Shown here one piece after another: positions 36,981-46,921 of a stretch of DNA of 64,000 nt. Source of the DNA: Thermodesulfobacteriota bacterium (GTDB lineage: Bacteria > Desulfobacterota > Desulfobulbia > Desulfobulbales > SURF-16); the NCBI GenBank assembly GCA_039715015.1, contig JBDLIE010000009.1:11663-75662 (forward strand). The letters are read 5' to 3'. Each line of letters begins with the position of its first letter. Within the stretch, counting starts at the first letter, position 1. The notes beneath the pieces are model-generated. The model was not told the origin of the DNA. It saw only the letters and a program-made list of their open reading frames with translations, and did no database searches. The translations under genes and the position numbers were made by a program.

Positions 36981-38693
36981 ATGAATTATAAAAAATTTTT
37001 CTTTATGCCAGTGGTGCTGGCCTTGTTGCTCACCGGCTGTGCCGCGCACCATTCTCCCACCCCAGAGGAGATTGCCGCCGCAGAGCCGGATGATCCTTCC
37101 TGCGCCTATTTTTATTTTTCCTGGGGGCGCTTTGCTGAGATGGCAGGCCGCCTTGAGGAGGCCCAGGACGCCTACACCAAGGCCCTTGTCTGTGATCAGC
37201 ATTCCACCTATCTCCATCAACGTCTTGCCTACCTGCTCATTGCCATGGGTAAGAAGGAACAGGCCGGTGTCCAGCTCGAAAAAATTTTGGAAAATTCCCC
37301 GGAAGATAATCGTGCCCGCCTTGAACTTGCCGGAATATTTGAAAATCTTGGCAAAACGGACAAAGCCATTGATATCCTCGAACAAAATATTATCGACGAT
37401 CCCCAGGACAACCATAGTCGGTTGACCCTGGGCTATCTCTACTTTAGGCATGACCGTTTTGAAGAGGCCCGTGTCACTCTGGAAAAACATGTGGACCAGG
37501 AGCCGGACTCCTACTCCGGTTCGGTGATGCTTGCCAAGCTTTACAGGGCCATGGGCGAGGTAGAGCTGGCCAAGGCCATGTATGAAAAGGTTCTTGAACT
37601 TAACTGGTCCTTTCTCCAGGCCCTGGATGCCGCAGAATTCTATGAGCAGATCAGGGAGTATGAAAAGGCGGTTGATCTTTACAAAAAGCTGCTTGAAGAA
37701 GAACCAGGCAATGAGACTTCCCGCCGTAAGCTGGCAGGTCTCTACATGATACTTGGCAAGCCTGAACAAGCGGTGGTGGAGCTCGAGACCCTGAAAGAGA
37801 GCAGTGAGGCGCCAGACAAGGTTGATCTTGCCATTGGCCGTCTCCTCCTTGAGCAGAAGAAGTACAAGAAGGCAATTAACCATTTTGGCCGTATGCTGGT
37901 TGCCTACCCCCGGATGGATATTGTCAGGCCCTTGATGGCCTTGGCCTATTACGAATCAGGGGATGGCGAAGGTGCTAAAAAGGTATTGGCCCAGGTGCCA
38001 GTGGATTCCAAGGATTATGAGGATGCCATCCTCATGCTGGTTCGTCTCTACCAGGAGGAAAAAAAGCTGACAGAGGCGGCGGAAATTTTAGAGCACGCCT
38101 TGAAGGCCAGTTCCGATCAGCATCAGAGTTTTTTCTTTCTGCTGGCCGCAGTCTATCATAAGAATAAAGAGCCCCAGAAGGGGTTGGATGTTTTTGAGAG
38201 GGTAGCAAAGGCATACCCTGGGGAGAGCCGGGTCTGGTTTGAGTACGGCCTCTACATGGATAGGATAGGGCGCCAGCAGGATGCTATGAGGCATATGGCC
38301 CGGGTGCTGGAGCTTGACCCTGACGACCCTTATGCCCTCAACTATGTGGGCTACACCTGGGCCGATGCCGGTACCAATCTTGACCAGGCCCTCGATTATA
38401 TCAGCCGGGCCGTTGCTGCCCGCCCTGACGACGGTTTTGTCCGTGATTCCCTGGGATGGGTCTATTATAAGCGGGGTGAATATGAGCAGGCAGTGAAGGA
38501 GCTTGTCAAGGCCTGTGAAATGCAGCCGGACGATCCCACTATGAACGAACATTTGGGCGACGCCTATGTGAAAACAGGCCAATTGGCCAAAGCCGTTGAA
38601 AGCTATGAGAAAGCGGTAAAATTATACAAGGATGACAAGAAGAGAGCCCTGGCGCGGCGTAAGCTTGAAGAGGCCAAAGAGGGAGCGCGATAG
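36981..38693 (+). CDS. TPR-repeat lipoprotein (LbcA-like)
   Basis: Lipobox LTGC, many TPRs, C-terminal ALNYVGYTWAD, DSLGWVYYKRG and EHLGDAY. Confidence 0.85.
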   Translation: MNYKKFFFMPVVLALLLTGCAAHHSPTPEEIAAAEPDDPSCAYFYFSWGRFAEMAGRLEEAQDAYTKALVCDQHSTYLHQRLAYLLIAMGKKEQAGVQLEKILENSPEDNRARLELAGIFENLGKTDKAIDILEQNIIDDPQDNHSRLTLGYLYFRHDRFEEARVTLEKHVDQEPDSYSGSVMLAKLYRAMGEVELAKAMYEKVLELNWSFLQALDAAEFYEQIREYEKAVDLYKKLLEEEPGNETSRRKLAGLYMILGKPEQAVVELETLKESSEAPDKVDLAIGRLLLEQKKYKKAINHFGRMLVAYPRMDIVRPLMALAYYESGDGEGAKKVLAQVPVDSKDYEDAILMLVRLYQEEKKLTEAAEILEHALKASSDQHQSFFFLLAAVYHKNKEPQKGLDVFERVAKAYPGESRVWFEYGLYMDRIGRQQDAMRHMARVLELDPDDPYALNYVGYTWADAGTNLDQALDYISRAVAARPDDGFVRDSLGWVYYKRGEYEQAVKELVKACEMQPDDPTMNEHLGDAYVKTGQLAKAVESYEKAVKLYKDDKKRALARRKLEEAKEGAR

Positions 38694-38698
38694 GCTGA

Positions 38699-39490
38699 AT
38701 GCGTTTATGTAAGGGATGTCTCCCATTTCTCCTCAGCCTTTTTCTGCTCTCAGGCTGCGCAACCATGCCGAGCCTCTTTGGCATCAGCCAAGAGGAAAAT
38801 CGGGAGGTGCGCGGTCGTTTTAAGGAAATGATCGCTGCCCAGCGTCAATGCCATTGCTGTCTTGATGGCTCGGCCCATATCTCTCTTAATAATCTCTTTT
38901 ACTCCGGTGCCATTTCCGGCTATTTGCAGGCCATGAGCCCCTCCTACCTGAAGTTTGTCGGTGTTAATCCTCTTGGCCAGCCCCTGGGGATTTTTACCAC
39001 CAACGGTCAGCGGTTTCGCTATGTCTCCACCCCCGAGACCAAGGTTTATACAGGTAAGGTCAGTAGCGAAACCTTCGGCAAATATACCCCGGAGGGTTTT
39101 ATTCCCACCCTATCGTACTATTGGCTAATTGGCAGGCTGCAACCCGGTCCTGTTCAGTTGACCCGGGTGAGCAGGGATGAAGAGAGTGGCTATTGGGTTG
39201 AGCTCCTCTATGAAAATGGTAGAAAGGCCCTGGTCCTTTTTGACCCAGAGGCCCTGCAGATTAAGCGCCATATAGTATTAAATAGTGAGGGTGAGCGGAT
39301 TTTAAATATCCTCTATGACCAATATGGCCCAAAAGAGTGCGATGTGCCACGCCAGATTACTGTAACGTCACTGACCCTGGACTCCACCATGGAGATTCGT
39401 CTTAACGATCTCCTGGATGATGTCTCTCTCTCCCTCCAGGATTTTGATTATTCTCCCCCGCCAACCTTTGAAGAGGTGGTGGTTGAATAG
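38699..39490 (+). CDS. Lipoprotein, possible LolA/LolB-fold (DUF4292-like)
   Basis: Lipobox LSGC, NPLGQPL motif, beta-rich pattern; directly after the TPR lipoprotein. Confidence 0.6.
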   Translation: MRLCKGCLPFLLSLFLLSGCATMPSLFGISQEENREVRGRFKEMIAAQRQCHCCLDGSAHISLNNLFYSGAISGYLQAMSPSYLKFVGVNPLGQPLGIFTTNGQRFRYVSTPETKVYTGKVSSETFGKYTPEGFIPTLSYYWLIGRLQPGPVQLTRVSRDEESGYWVELLYENGRKALVLFDPEALQIKRHIVLNSEGERILNILYDQYGPKECDVPRQITVTSLTLDSTMEIRLNDLLDDVSLSLQDFDYSPPPTFEEVVVE

Positions 39491-39585
39491 ATTTCGTGAG
39501 TTCCATACGGCTTTTTCGATGGTTTAGCAGAGCTCCGCCGCCATCAAAAGTCACTGTCTCCTGATTTAGCCCAATACAAAAAAAC

Positions 39586-42084
39586 GTGAATCCCGAACAG
39601 CTTCTTCCTTTGGTCCGCAAGCCCAGCAGGTATTGCGGCAACGAGTTTAATGTCCCTGCCAAGAACTGGCAGGATGCCTCTCTGCGTTACCTCCTTGCTT
39701 TTCCTGACATGTATGAGATCGGTATGTCCCATCAAGGCCTGCAGATCCTCTATCATATCATTAATAAGCGGGCCGACCTCCTTGCTGAAAGGGTCTATGC
39801 CCCTGATACGGACCTTGAGGAGCTCTTGCGTCAGAGCAAGACACCTCTTTTCAGTCTTGAGTCTCGTCATCAGCCCCGGGATTTTGATGTCCTGGCCTTT
39901 ACCCTGCCTTACGAGCTTTGTTACTCGAATATCCTCACCATCCTGGATCTGGCAGACATGCCCTTTTTTAGTAAGGAGCGGGGCGAGGAGCACCCCATTG
40001 TTCTTGGCGGCGGTCCCGGTGCCTTTCACCCGGAACCAGTGGCTGATTTTTTTGATGCCATCTTGCTGGGCGACGGTGAGGAGGCCATTGTCGAGATCAG
40101 TGATTTCTTGCTGGCAGCAAAGAAAGAGGGATGGGGACGCCGCCAGGTTTTAGAGGGTTTGGCTGATATTGAAGGAATCTATGTGCCCGCCCTGTTTGAA
40201 CCGCAGTATAGCTCTGCTGGTGAATTTAAAGGCATAAAAGCCCTTAAAGAGGGTTATGACATGGTCAGGCGCCGAGTTCTGCCGGAGTTCAGCGATGATC
40301 CCTCGCCATCACCCCTGGTTCCTTTAAATAAAATTGTTCATGACCGGTTGGGGATTGAGCTTGCCCGTGGCTGTACGCGCGGCTGCCGTTTCTGTCAGGC
40401 CGGTATTATCTACAGACCGGTGCGGGAGCGAACGCCTGCGCAGGTGCTGCGCCTTGCCAAAGAGGGCATAGGCGCCAGCGGTTTTGAGGAGCTTGCCTTG
40501 CTTTCACTGTCCACCGGTGATTATTCCTGCCTGGGGCCTCTTTTGGTCAAGCTCATGGACACTTTTGCCCGGAAGCGGGTTTCGGTATCCATGCCATCCA
40601 TGCGGGTTGGCACCTTGACTCCAGAAATTATGGAGCAGATTAAGAGGGTGCGCAAAACCGGTTTTACAGTAGCCCCCGAGGCTGGTACTGATCGCCTCCG
40701 GCAGGTGATTAATAAGGGTATCACCGAGGAAGATCTTCTGGCCACCTGCAGCTCGGCCTTTGGCCTTGGCTGGAAATTAATCAAATTTTATTTCATGTTC
40801 GGTCTGCCCACCGAGACCGAGGAGGACCTGGCCGCTATCCCAGAACTTGCTCTAAAAGGACTGCGGGCAGGCTCTGGGCCGCGGCGCCGGATTACAGTAA
40901 GTGCCGCCACCTTTGTTCCCAAACCCCACACCCCTTTCCAGTGGGAGCCGCAGCTCTCTGTCGATGAGGGTTTTGAACGGATTGATTTTCTAAAGGGGAA
41001 ATTGCGTGAAAAAGGTCTGCAACTCCGTTGGGGTGATCCGCGCCAGAGTTTTTTGGAGGGTGTTTTTTCCAGGGGCGACAGAAAGCTCTCCTCTTTAATT
41101 GTTGAGGCCTGGCAGCGTGGCGCTCGTTTTGATGCCTGGAATGACCACATGCGTCTTGATACCTGGCGACAAGCTGCTGCTGCTCTTGGTCTGGATATGG
41201 AACGTTACTTAGCCCGCCGAGATTTTAATCAGCCTTTGCCCTGGGACCATCTCCACTGCGGAGTGGACCCGGCCTTTATCAAGGAAGAGTATGATAAGGC
41301 CCTGGAGGGGACCTATACCCCTGATTGCCGGGTTCATGGCTGCCAGAAATGCGGCCTCTGTGATTTTGAGAGCGTTTTCCCACGGGTGCATAAAAAAGAT
41401 CCCGAGTGGGGAGAGAAAAAAGAAGAGGGCCTGGATAAAAAAGAGGGCAATGTTCACTTTCATTATCGTGTCGACTATGCAAGGCTGGGAAGGGCCCGCC
41501 TTCTCTCCCATCTCGAACTTCTCCAGGTCTTTTTCCGGGCCTTTAACCGGGCTGGTTTGCCCCTTCATTACTCCAAGGGTTTTAATCCATCGCCCAAGGT
41601 TTCCTTTAGTCCGGCCTTGCCTCTTGGCACCGAGAGCAAGGCTGAGTATCTTTTTATTGATCTCATCGCTGCAATTTTGCCGGAAGAGTGGCTGCCAGCC
41701 ATTAATGACCAGCTTCCTGAAGGCCTCCATGTCAATGAATTAAGCCTGGCCCAGTCAAAAAAGATTCCGGCAAAGGTGGAAACGTGTTACACCATTTGTT
41801 TGAATCTTCCGGTGGCAAATCAGCGTATTGCGTCTTTTTTGGATTCAGAAGCCTTTCCGGTCCAAGTGGTCAGGAAAAAGAAAAAACGCAATATTGACGG
41901 ACGGCCACAGATCACGGAGCTGTGTCTTGTTGATGAAAAGACCGTTGAACTCCGGATGGTTACTGAGGTGAGTAAAGCAGGTCTGAAACCCCTGGAGATC
42001 ATCCAAGCGATCTTCGCACTGTCTGAGCAGGAATTAACCCAAATCAGGGTGGTGAAAGAGTGGTTCAAGGAACTTGATTGTTGA
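39586..42084 (+). CDS. Radical SAM protein (TIGR03960-like) fused to a TIGR03936/DUF2344-like domain
   Basis: KPSRY, FPDMYEIGMS, RGCTRGCRFC, APEAG, FVPKPHTPFQW; C-terminal LSHLEL and YSKGFNPSPK. Confidence 0.9.
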   Translation: MNPEQLLPLVRKPSRYCGNEFNVPAKNWQDASLRYLLAFPDMYEIGMSHQGLQILYHIINKRADLLAERVYAPDTDLEELLRQSKTPLFSLESRHQPRDFDVLAFTLPYELCYSNILTILDLADMPFFSKERGEEHPIVLGGGPGAFHPEPVADFFDAILLGDGEEAIVEISDFLLAAKKEGWGRRQVLEGLADIEGIYVPALFEPQYSSAGEFKGIKALKEGYDMVRRRVLPEFSDDPSPSPLVPLNKIVHDRLGIELARGCTRGCRFCQAGIIYRPVRERTPAQVLRLAKEGIGASGFEELALLSLSTGDYSCLGPLLVKLMDTFARKRVSVSMPSMRVGTLTPEIMEQIKRVRKTGFTVAPEAGTDRLRQVINKGITEEDLLATCSSAFGLGWKLIKFYFMFGLPTETEEDLAAIPELALKGLRAGSGPRRRITVSAATFVPKPHTPFQWEPQLSVDEGFERIDFLKGKLREKGLQLRWGDPRQSFLEGVFSRGDRKLSSLIVEAWQRGARFDAWNDHMRLDTWRQAAAALGLDMERYLARRDFNQPLPWDHLHCGVDPAFIKEEYDKALEGTYTPDCRVHGCQKCGLCDFESVFPRVHKKDPEWGEKKEEGLDKKEGNVHFHYRVDYARLGRARLLSHLELLQVFFRAFNRAGLPLHYSKGFNPSPKVSFSPALPLGTESKAEYLFIDLIAAILPEEWLPAINDQLPEGLHVNELSLAQSKKIPAKVETCYTICLNLPVANQRIASFLDSEAFPVQVVRKKKKRNIDGRPQITELCLVDEKTVELRMVTEVSKAGLKPLEIIQAIFALSEQELTQIRVVKEWFKELDC

Positions 42085-42133
42085 ACAGGCACCTTGCTAA
42101 AGAACCCCACCACCTGTAGGCCTTATAAAAATT

Positions 42134-43705
42134 ATGGCAACTGATCTTCTTATAAACGCAACCTCCTACGAGGTGCGCATCGCCCTTATTGAACATGGCA
42201 ACCTTGTTGAGTTTCATGTGGAAAGGCCCACGGAAAAAGGGCTGGTGGGTAATATCTACCTGGGGAAGGTGGTTCGCGTTTTACCGGGCATGCAGGCCGC
42301 CTTTGTTGATATTGGTCTTGAGCGCACCGGCTTTCTCTATGTTGATGATATTCACATATCCACCGATGCCTTTGAGAAAAGACTAAACAACTGCGGTGGT
42401 GACGGGACCAGTGCCTGTTGTGATAACGAGCCCTCTGAATCTTTGGCTGTCCGGACGCCGGGTAAATCCATTGAGGACCTTCTTAAGGAGGGCCAGGAGA
42501 TCCTTGTTCAGATTTGCAAGGAACCCATCGGCACCAAGGGGGCGCGCCTTACCTGTCATATCACTTTGCCGTGCCGTAATTTGGTTTTTATGCCCATGAC
42601 CGACCATATCGGCATCTCCCGCAAGATGGACAACGAGGTGCTTCGCCAGCGTCTACGAAATGACATCGAGGAGTTGCGCCCTGCAGGTACAGGCTTTATC
42701 GTCCGCACCGTGGCTGAGGATGCCAGCCGTGAGGACCTGGAAGCGGATATGGAGTTTCTCCTCCACCTTTGGAGTGAGATTCAGGATATTGCCGAAAAAT
42801 CCAAGCCCATGAATCTGGTCTATGAGGATCTAGATATCATTTTACGGGTGGTCCGCGACATCTTCTCCCCTGATGTTGATCGTCTGGTGGTGGATGATCC
42901 CAAGACGTACCAGCGGGTTTTGAAATTCATCCAGACCTTTGCGCCCCACATGCATAACCGGGTCTTCAAGTATGATCAGAATGTTCCCATTTTTGATGCC
43001 TATGGCGTTGAGATGGATATCAGCCGGGCCCTGGACAAGAAAATTTGGCTGCGCTGCGGCGGTTATATCATTATCGAAAATACCGAGGCCCTCACCGTCA
43101 TTGATGTCAATACCGGACGTTATGTGGGTAAAAATGATCTTGAAGAAACCATCTTTAAGACCAATATGGAGGCGGTTCGGGAAATTGCCTACCAGCTCAG
43201 GCTCCGGAATATCGGCGGAATTATCATTGTTGATTTCATTGATATGGAGGTGGAAAGCCACCGGGAAGAGGTTTTCCGGGCCATCACCGAAGCAGCCCAA
43301 AAGGACAAGAGCCGGGTCAATATCCTTAAGGTTTCCGAGTTTGGCCTGGTGCAGATGACCAGGAAACGCAGCCGTGAAGACCTGGTTAATATGATGTGTG
43401 AGCCGTGCCCCTACTGTGGTGGCGATGGGCTGCTTAAATCAAACCGCACAGTGTGCTATGAGATTTTTCGAAGGATCTCCCTGGGCGCCCAAAAGATATC
43501 CGGCCCCAGTGTGACCATCAAGGTCCACCCCAAAGTTGCGGGCATGATGCTCAAAGAAGAGGCGGTCACCATCCACCATCTCGAAGATGAGCTCCAAAAA
43601 AGCCTCACCATCATCCCCCAAAAAGATATCCACATGGAAAAATATGAGATTGTCTGGGAGAGTGAGGCCAAGGCCCCTGAGTCTGAGCAGCTGAAGGCCC
43701 AGTAG
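42134..43705 (+). CDS. rng: Ribonuclease G/E family
   Basis: GNIYLGKV, PGMQAAFVDIG, IDVNTG, RLRNIGGIIIVDFIDM, CPYCGG. Confidence 0.95.
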   Translation: MATDLLINATSYEVRIALIEHGNLVEFHVERPTEKGLVGNIYLGKVVRVLPGMQAAFVDIGLERTGFLYVDDIHISTDAFEKRLNNCGGDGTSACCDNEPSESLAVRTPGKSIEDLLKEGQEILVQICKEPIGTKGARLTCHITLPCRNLVFMPMTDHIGISRKMDNEVLRQRLRNDIEELRPAGTGFIVRTVAEDASREDLEADMEFLLHLWSEIQDIAEKSKPMNLVYEDLDIILRVVRDIFSPDVDRLVVDDPKTYQRVLKFIQTFAPHMHNRVFKYDQNVPIFDAYGVEMDISRALDKKIWLRCGGYIIIENTEALTVIDVNTGRYVGKNDLEETIFKTNMEAVREIAYQLRLRNIGGIIIVDFIDMEVESHREEVFRAITEAAQKDKSRVNILKVSEFGLVQMTRKRSREDLVNMMCEPCPYCGGDGLLKSNRTVCYEIFRRISLGAQKISGPSVTIKVHPKVAGMMLKEEAVTIHHLEDELQKSLTIIPQKDIHMEKYEIVWESEAKAPESEQLKAQ

Positions 43706-43775
43706 CCAGGAAATGTGAGAGTTTTTGGGTGACGAAAAAAAGAGGCTGGGGATGGCGCCGGACCTCTTTTCATTG

Positions 43776-43803
43776 TTGACAAAAAAACGAAACGTGGTAT
43801 CTA
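43776..43803 (+). promoter_or_regulatory. Sigma70-type promoter of rplU-rpmA
   Basis: TTGACA-N16-TATCTA with an extended -10 TG. Confidence 0.55.
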
Positions 43804-43928
43804 TCACTGTTTCCGTATCCAGGAATCATGGGATGTGGAATATTGATTAGGATAATGAAACGCGGCACAAAGTTGGTCGCGAAGTGCTTCCTGCTATAAG
43901 GGAGCTTTTTTTAGTTTTGGAGGAAAGC

Positions 43929-44240
43929 ATGTACGCAATTATTCGTACCGGTGGTAAGCAGTATCAGGTTGCAGAGGGAGATCGTCTGCGGATTGAAAAA
44001 CTGACCGGCGATGTTGGTGATACCGTGGAGCTTGATGATGTTCTCATGGTGGCTGACGGAGAGGCTGTAAAAGTAGGCCAGCCTGCTATTGAGGGCGCTA
44101 AGGTAACTGCCAAGATCGTTGAGCAGGGTAAAGGCAAGAAGATCATTGTCTTTAAGAAGAAGCGTCGCCAGGGCTATTCCAGAAAGAAGGGGCATCGTCA
44201 ACTTTTCACCGCCCTTGAAATTCAGGGAATTTCAGCGTAA
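43929..44240 (+). CDS. rplU: 50S ribosomal protein L21
   Basis: [14 protein letters not shown] and GHRQ. Confidence 0.98.
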   Translation: MYAIIRTGGKQYQVAEGDRLRIEKLTGDVGDTVELDDVLMVADGEAVKVGQPAIEGAKVTAKIVEQGKGKKIIVFKKKRRQGYSRKKGHRQLFTALEIQGISA

Positions 44241-44294
44241 TTTAAGATTACCGGCAATCGTAACGCCGGTTTGAACCATTTAGAGGAAGAAACA

Positions 44295-44555
44295 ATGGCT
44301 CATAAGAAAGCAGGCGGTAGTTCTAAGAACGGTCGCGACAGTAATGCCCAGAGGCGCGGTGTCAAACGTTTCGGTGGCGAGAATGTACGTGCTGGCAATA
44401 TTCTGGTTCGTCAGTTAGGCACCAAGATCCACCCCGGCACCAATGTTGGCCTGGGTCGTGACTTTACCTTGTTTTCCAAGGTAGATGGCGTGGTTACCTT
44501 TGAGAAGTTCGGCCGTGGCCGTAAAAGGGTCAGCGTCTATCCTGCAGCCGAATAG
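44295..44555 (+). CDS. rpmA: 50S ribosomal protein L27
   Basis: [16 protein letters not shown]. Confidence 0.98.
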   Translation: MAHKKAGGSSKNGRDSNAQRRGVKRFGGENVRAGNILVRQLGTKIHPGTNVGLGRDFTLFSKVDGVVTFEKFGRGRKRVSVYPAAE

Positions 44556-44569
44556 ATTTTTTTATAAGG

Positions 44570-44607
44570 GGCCGGAGGGTATATTACTTTCTGGCCGCTT
44601 TTTTTTT
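44570..44607 (+). terminator. Intrinsic terminator after rpmA
   Basis: GGCCGGAG/TTCTGGCC stem followed by T9. Confidence 0.7.
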
Positions 44608-44650
44608 GACGGGCTCTCTTGAGCCCGTTCTTTTATGAAGGCGTCCCACC

Positions 44651-45661
44651 ATGGCATTTGTTGATGAAGCAAAGTTCTTTGTCAAGGCCGGTGACGGCGG
44701 TCGGGGATGCGTAAGTTTCCGCCGGGAGAAGTTTGTCCCCAAGGGCGGTCCTGACGGCGGTGACGGCGGCCGGGGCGGCTCCGTCTATATTGAGGCCTCA
44801 TCGCGCCTTCAATCTCTTATCGATTTCAAGTATCGTTCCCATTTTATCGCCAAGAACGGCGCCCATGGCAAGGGCAAGAAGATGCACGGCCATGGCGGCA
44901 AGGATTATGTGCTGCATGTTCCGCCCGGCTCCATTGTCAAGGATGCTGAAACTGGCGAGGTCATCATTGATCTCGTCGAAGAGGGGCAGCGTTACCTGGC
45001 GGCCCAAGGCGGCAAGGGCGGCCGCGGTAATGTCCATTTCGCCTCATCAACCAACCGGGCGCCACGCATAGCTGATAAGGGAACCCCGGGCGAAGAGCGC
45101 TGGCTGCGTATCGAGCTTAAGCTCATTGCCGATGTCGGCCTTATCGGGTTGCCAAATGCCGGCAAATCCACCTTGCTTTCCAGTCTGTCAGCCGCCAACC
45201 CGAAGGTGGCTCCCTATCCTTTTACTACCCTGGACCCCCAGCTCGGAGTGCTTAACTTCGATTATGGCGATTCCTGTATCATTGCTGATATCCCCGGCCT
45301 TATTGAGGGTGCCCATGAGGGCGCTGGTCTTGGCCATAAATTTCTGCGCCATATTGAGCGAACCCGCATTCTGCTCCATGTTATAGACTCCACCGGTCTT
45401 GAAGATGACCCTTTGCACCAGTACCAGGTCGTGGAAAATGAGCTTTCCCAGTTCAATGAAGAATTAATAGGCAGAGAGCGGTTGGTCCTTCTCAATAAGA
45501 CTGATATTATAAGTCCGGAAGAATTTGAGAAGCTTGCTGGCAGATTCAAGGAGGCCGGTATTCCCTGTCTGGCGATTTCAGCTGAGACAGGGGATGGCCT
45601 CGATGGCTTGAGAGAGTGGCTGGCAGAAATCTTATTTGAAGGTGAGGAGGACCATGCCTGA
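44651..45661 (+). CDS. obgE: GTPase Obg/CgtA
   Basis: Gly-rich Obg domain (SFRREKFVPKGGPDGGDGG), GLPNAGKST, DIPG, NKTD. Confidence 0.97.
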   Translation: MAFVDEAKFFVKAGDGGRGCVSFRREKFVPKGGPDGGDGGRGGSVYIEASSRLQSLIDFKYRSHFIAKNGAHGKGKKMHGHGGKDYVLHVPPGSIVKDAETGEVIIDLVEEGQRYLAAQGGKGGRGNVHFASSTNRAPRIADKGTPGEERWLRIELKLIADVGLIGLPNAGKSTLLSSLSAANPKVAPYPFTTLDPQLGVLNFDYGDSCIIADIPGLIEGAHEGAGLGHKFLRHIERTRILLHVIDSTGLEDDPLHQYQVVENELSQFNEELIGRERLVLLNKTDIISPEEFEKLAGRFKEAGIPCLAISAETGDGLDGLREWLAEILFEGEEDHA

Positions 45662-46814
45662 AAGTATTACCCCGGACGAAGGACAAAAGCTCCGCCTGGC
45701 CCATCTCAAGGATGTGAAAAGGGTGGTGGTGAAGGTCGGGAGCGCCGTCTTGACCGGCGATGTTGGCCTCCATGCTGAAACCATGGAGAACCTTGCTGAC
45801 GAACTGGCCTTCTTGAGGGAAAGCGGCCGCGAGGTCATTTTGGTCAGTTCCGGGGCCGTGGCTGTTGGTCGCCGCAAGCTTTGCATTATCCAGCCCACCC
45901 TGTCACTTAAGGAAAAACAGGCTGCCGCTGCTGTGGGCCAATGCGGCCTCATGCATTATTATGACGCCCTCTTTAGCAAGCGTAACCTCTACGTCTCCCA
46001 GGTGCTCCTCACCCACTCGGATCTGGCCCATCGCGGTCGCTATCTCAATATCAGAAATACCATGTCCACCCTTTTTGACTGGGGGGTCATTCCCATCATT
46101 AACGAGAATGACACGGTAAGCGCCGAGGAATTGCAGTTCGGTGATAATGATACCCTGGGCGCGCTCGTCACGAACCTTATTGATGCCGATATCTTTATCT
46201 GTCTCACCGATGTTGATAGCCTCTATACCGGTAATCCCGCTACAGATCGGCAGGCCACCCCAGTCCATACCGTTTCCACGATCAACGATTCTGTGATTAA
46301 TATGGCTGGCCATTCCGGTTCGGCCCTTGGGACAGGCGGCATGCGGAGTAAGATTCTTGCTGCCCAGATGGTTGCGGCCCGGGGCGGCTACTCTTTTATT
46401 GGCCCTGGACGACAAAAAGGGGTGATCCAATCGCTGTTCAAGGGCGAACTGGTGGGCACCTTCTTTCTGCCCCATGAGGAGAAGCAAAAGCTCCACTCCC
46501 GTAAACATTGGATTGCCTTTGTTTTGCGCCCTAAGGGTTATCTCATCCTCGACAAAGGCGCCTGCCGGGCCGTACAACGGCAAGGGTCGAGCCTTCTGCC
46601 TTCAGGTGTCCTGGAGGTGCGGGGAGAATTTGCCGCCGGAGATCCTGTCCATTGCCTTGATAAGGACGGCAACGAGGTGGCCGCTGGATTGGTCAACTAC
46701 AAAAAATCTGAGGTGGAGAAGATCTGTGGGCGTCATAGCACGGAAATTCCTGACATCTTGGGATACAAGGGTGACGACGAAGTCATTCACCGCGATAATC
46801 TGGTAAAGTTGTAA
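45654..46814 (+). CDS. proB: Glutamate 5-kinase
   Basis: VVKVGS, VSSGAV, NENDTV, FGDND, GTGGMRSK, C-terminal PUA domain ending HRDNL. Confidence 0.97.
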   Translation: MPESITPDEGQKLRLAHLKDVKRVVVKVGSAVLTGDVGLHAETMENLADELAFLRESGREVILVSSGAVAVGRRKLCIIQPTLSLKEKQAAAAVGQCGLMHYYDALFSKRNLYVSQVLLTHSDLAHRGRYLNIRNTMSTLFDWGVIPIINENDTVSAEELQFGDNDTLGALVTNLIDADIFICLTDVDSLYTGNPATDRQATPVHTVSTINDSVINMAGHSGSALGTGGMRSKILAAQMVAARGGYSFIGPGRQKGVIQSLFKGELVGTFFLPHEEKQKLHSRKHWIAFVLRPKGYLILDKGACRAVQRQGSSLLPSGVLEVRGEFAAGDPVHCLDKDGNEVAAGLVNYKKSEVEKICGRHSTEIPDILGYKGDDEVIHRDNLVKL

Positions 46815-46921
46815 GGGGCCGACTTTTTAGCCCTTGTGCCTCTGAGCCTTTATGGTATCTTTTTGACCTTTCCAGGTAATCCCTATTTTGATTTGAAAAG
46901 CTAAAACGAGTACGAGAAGAT

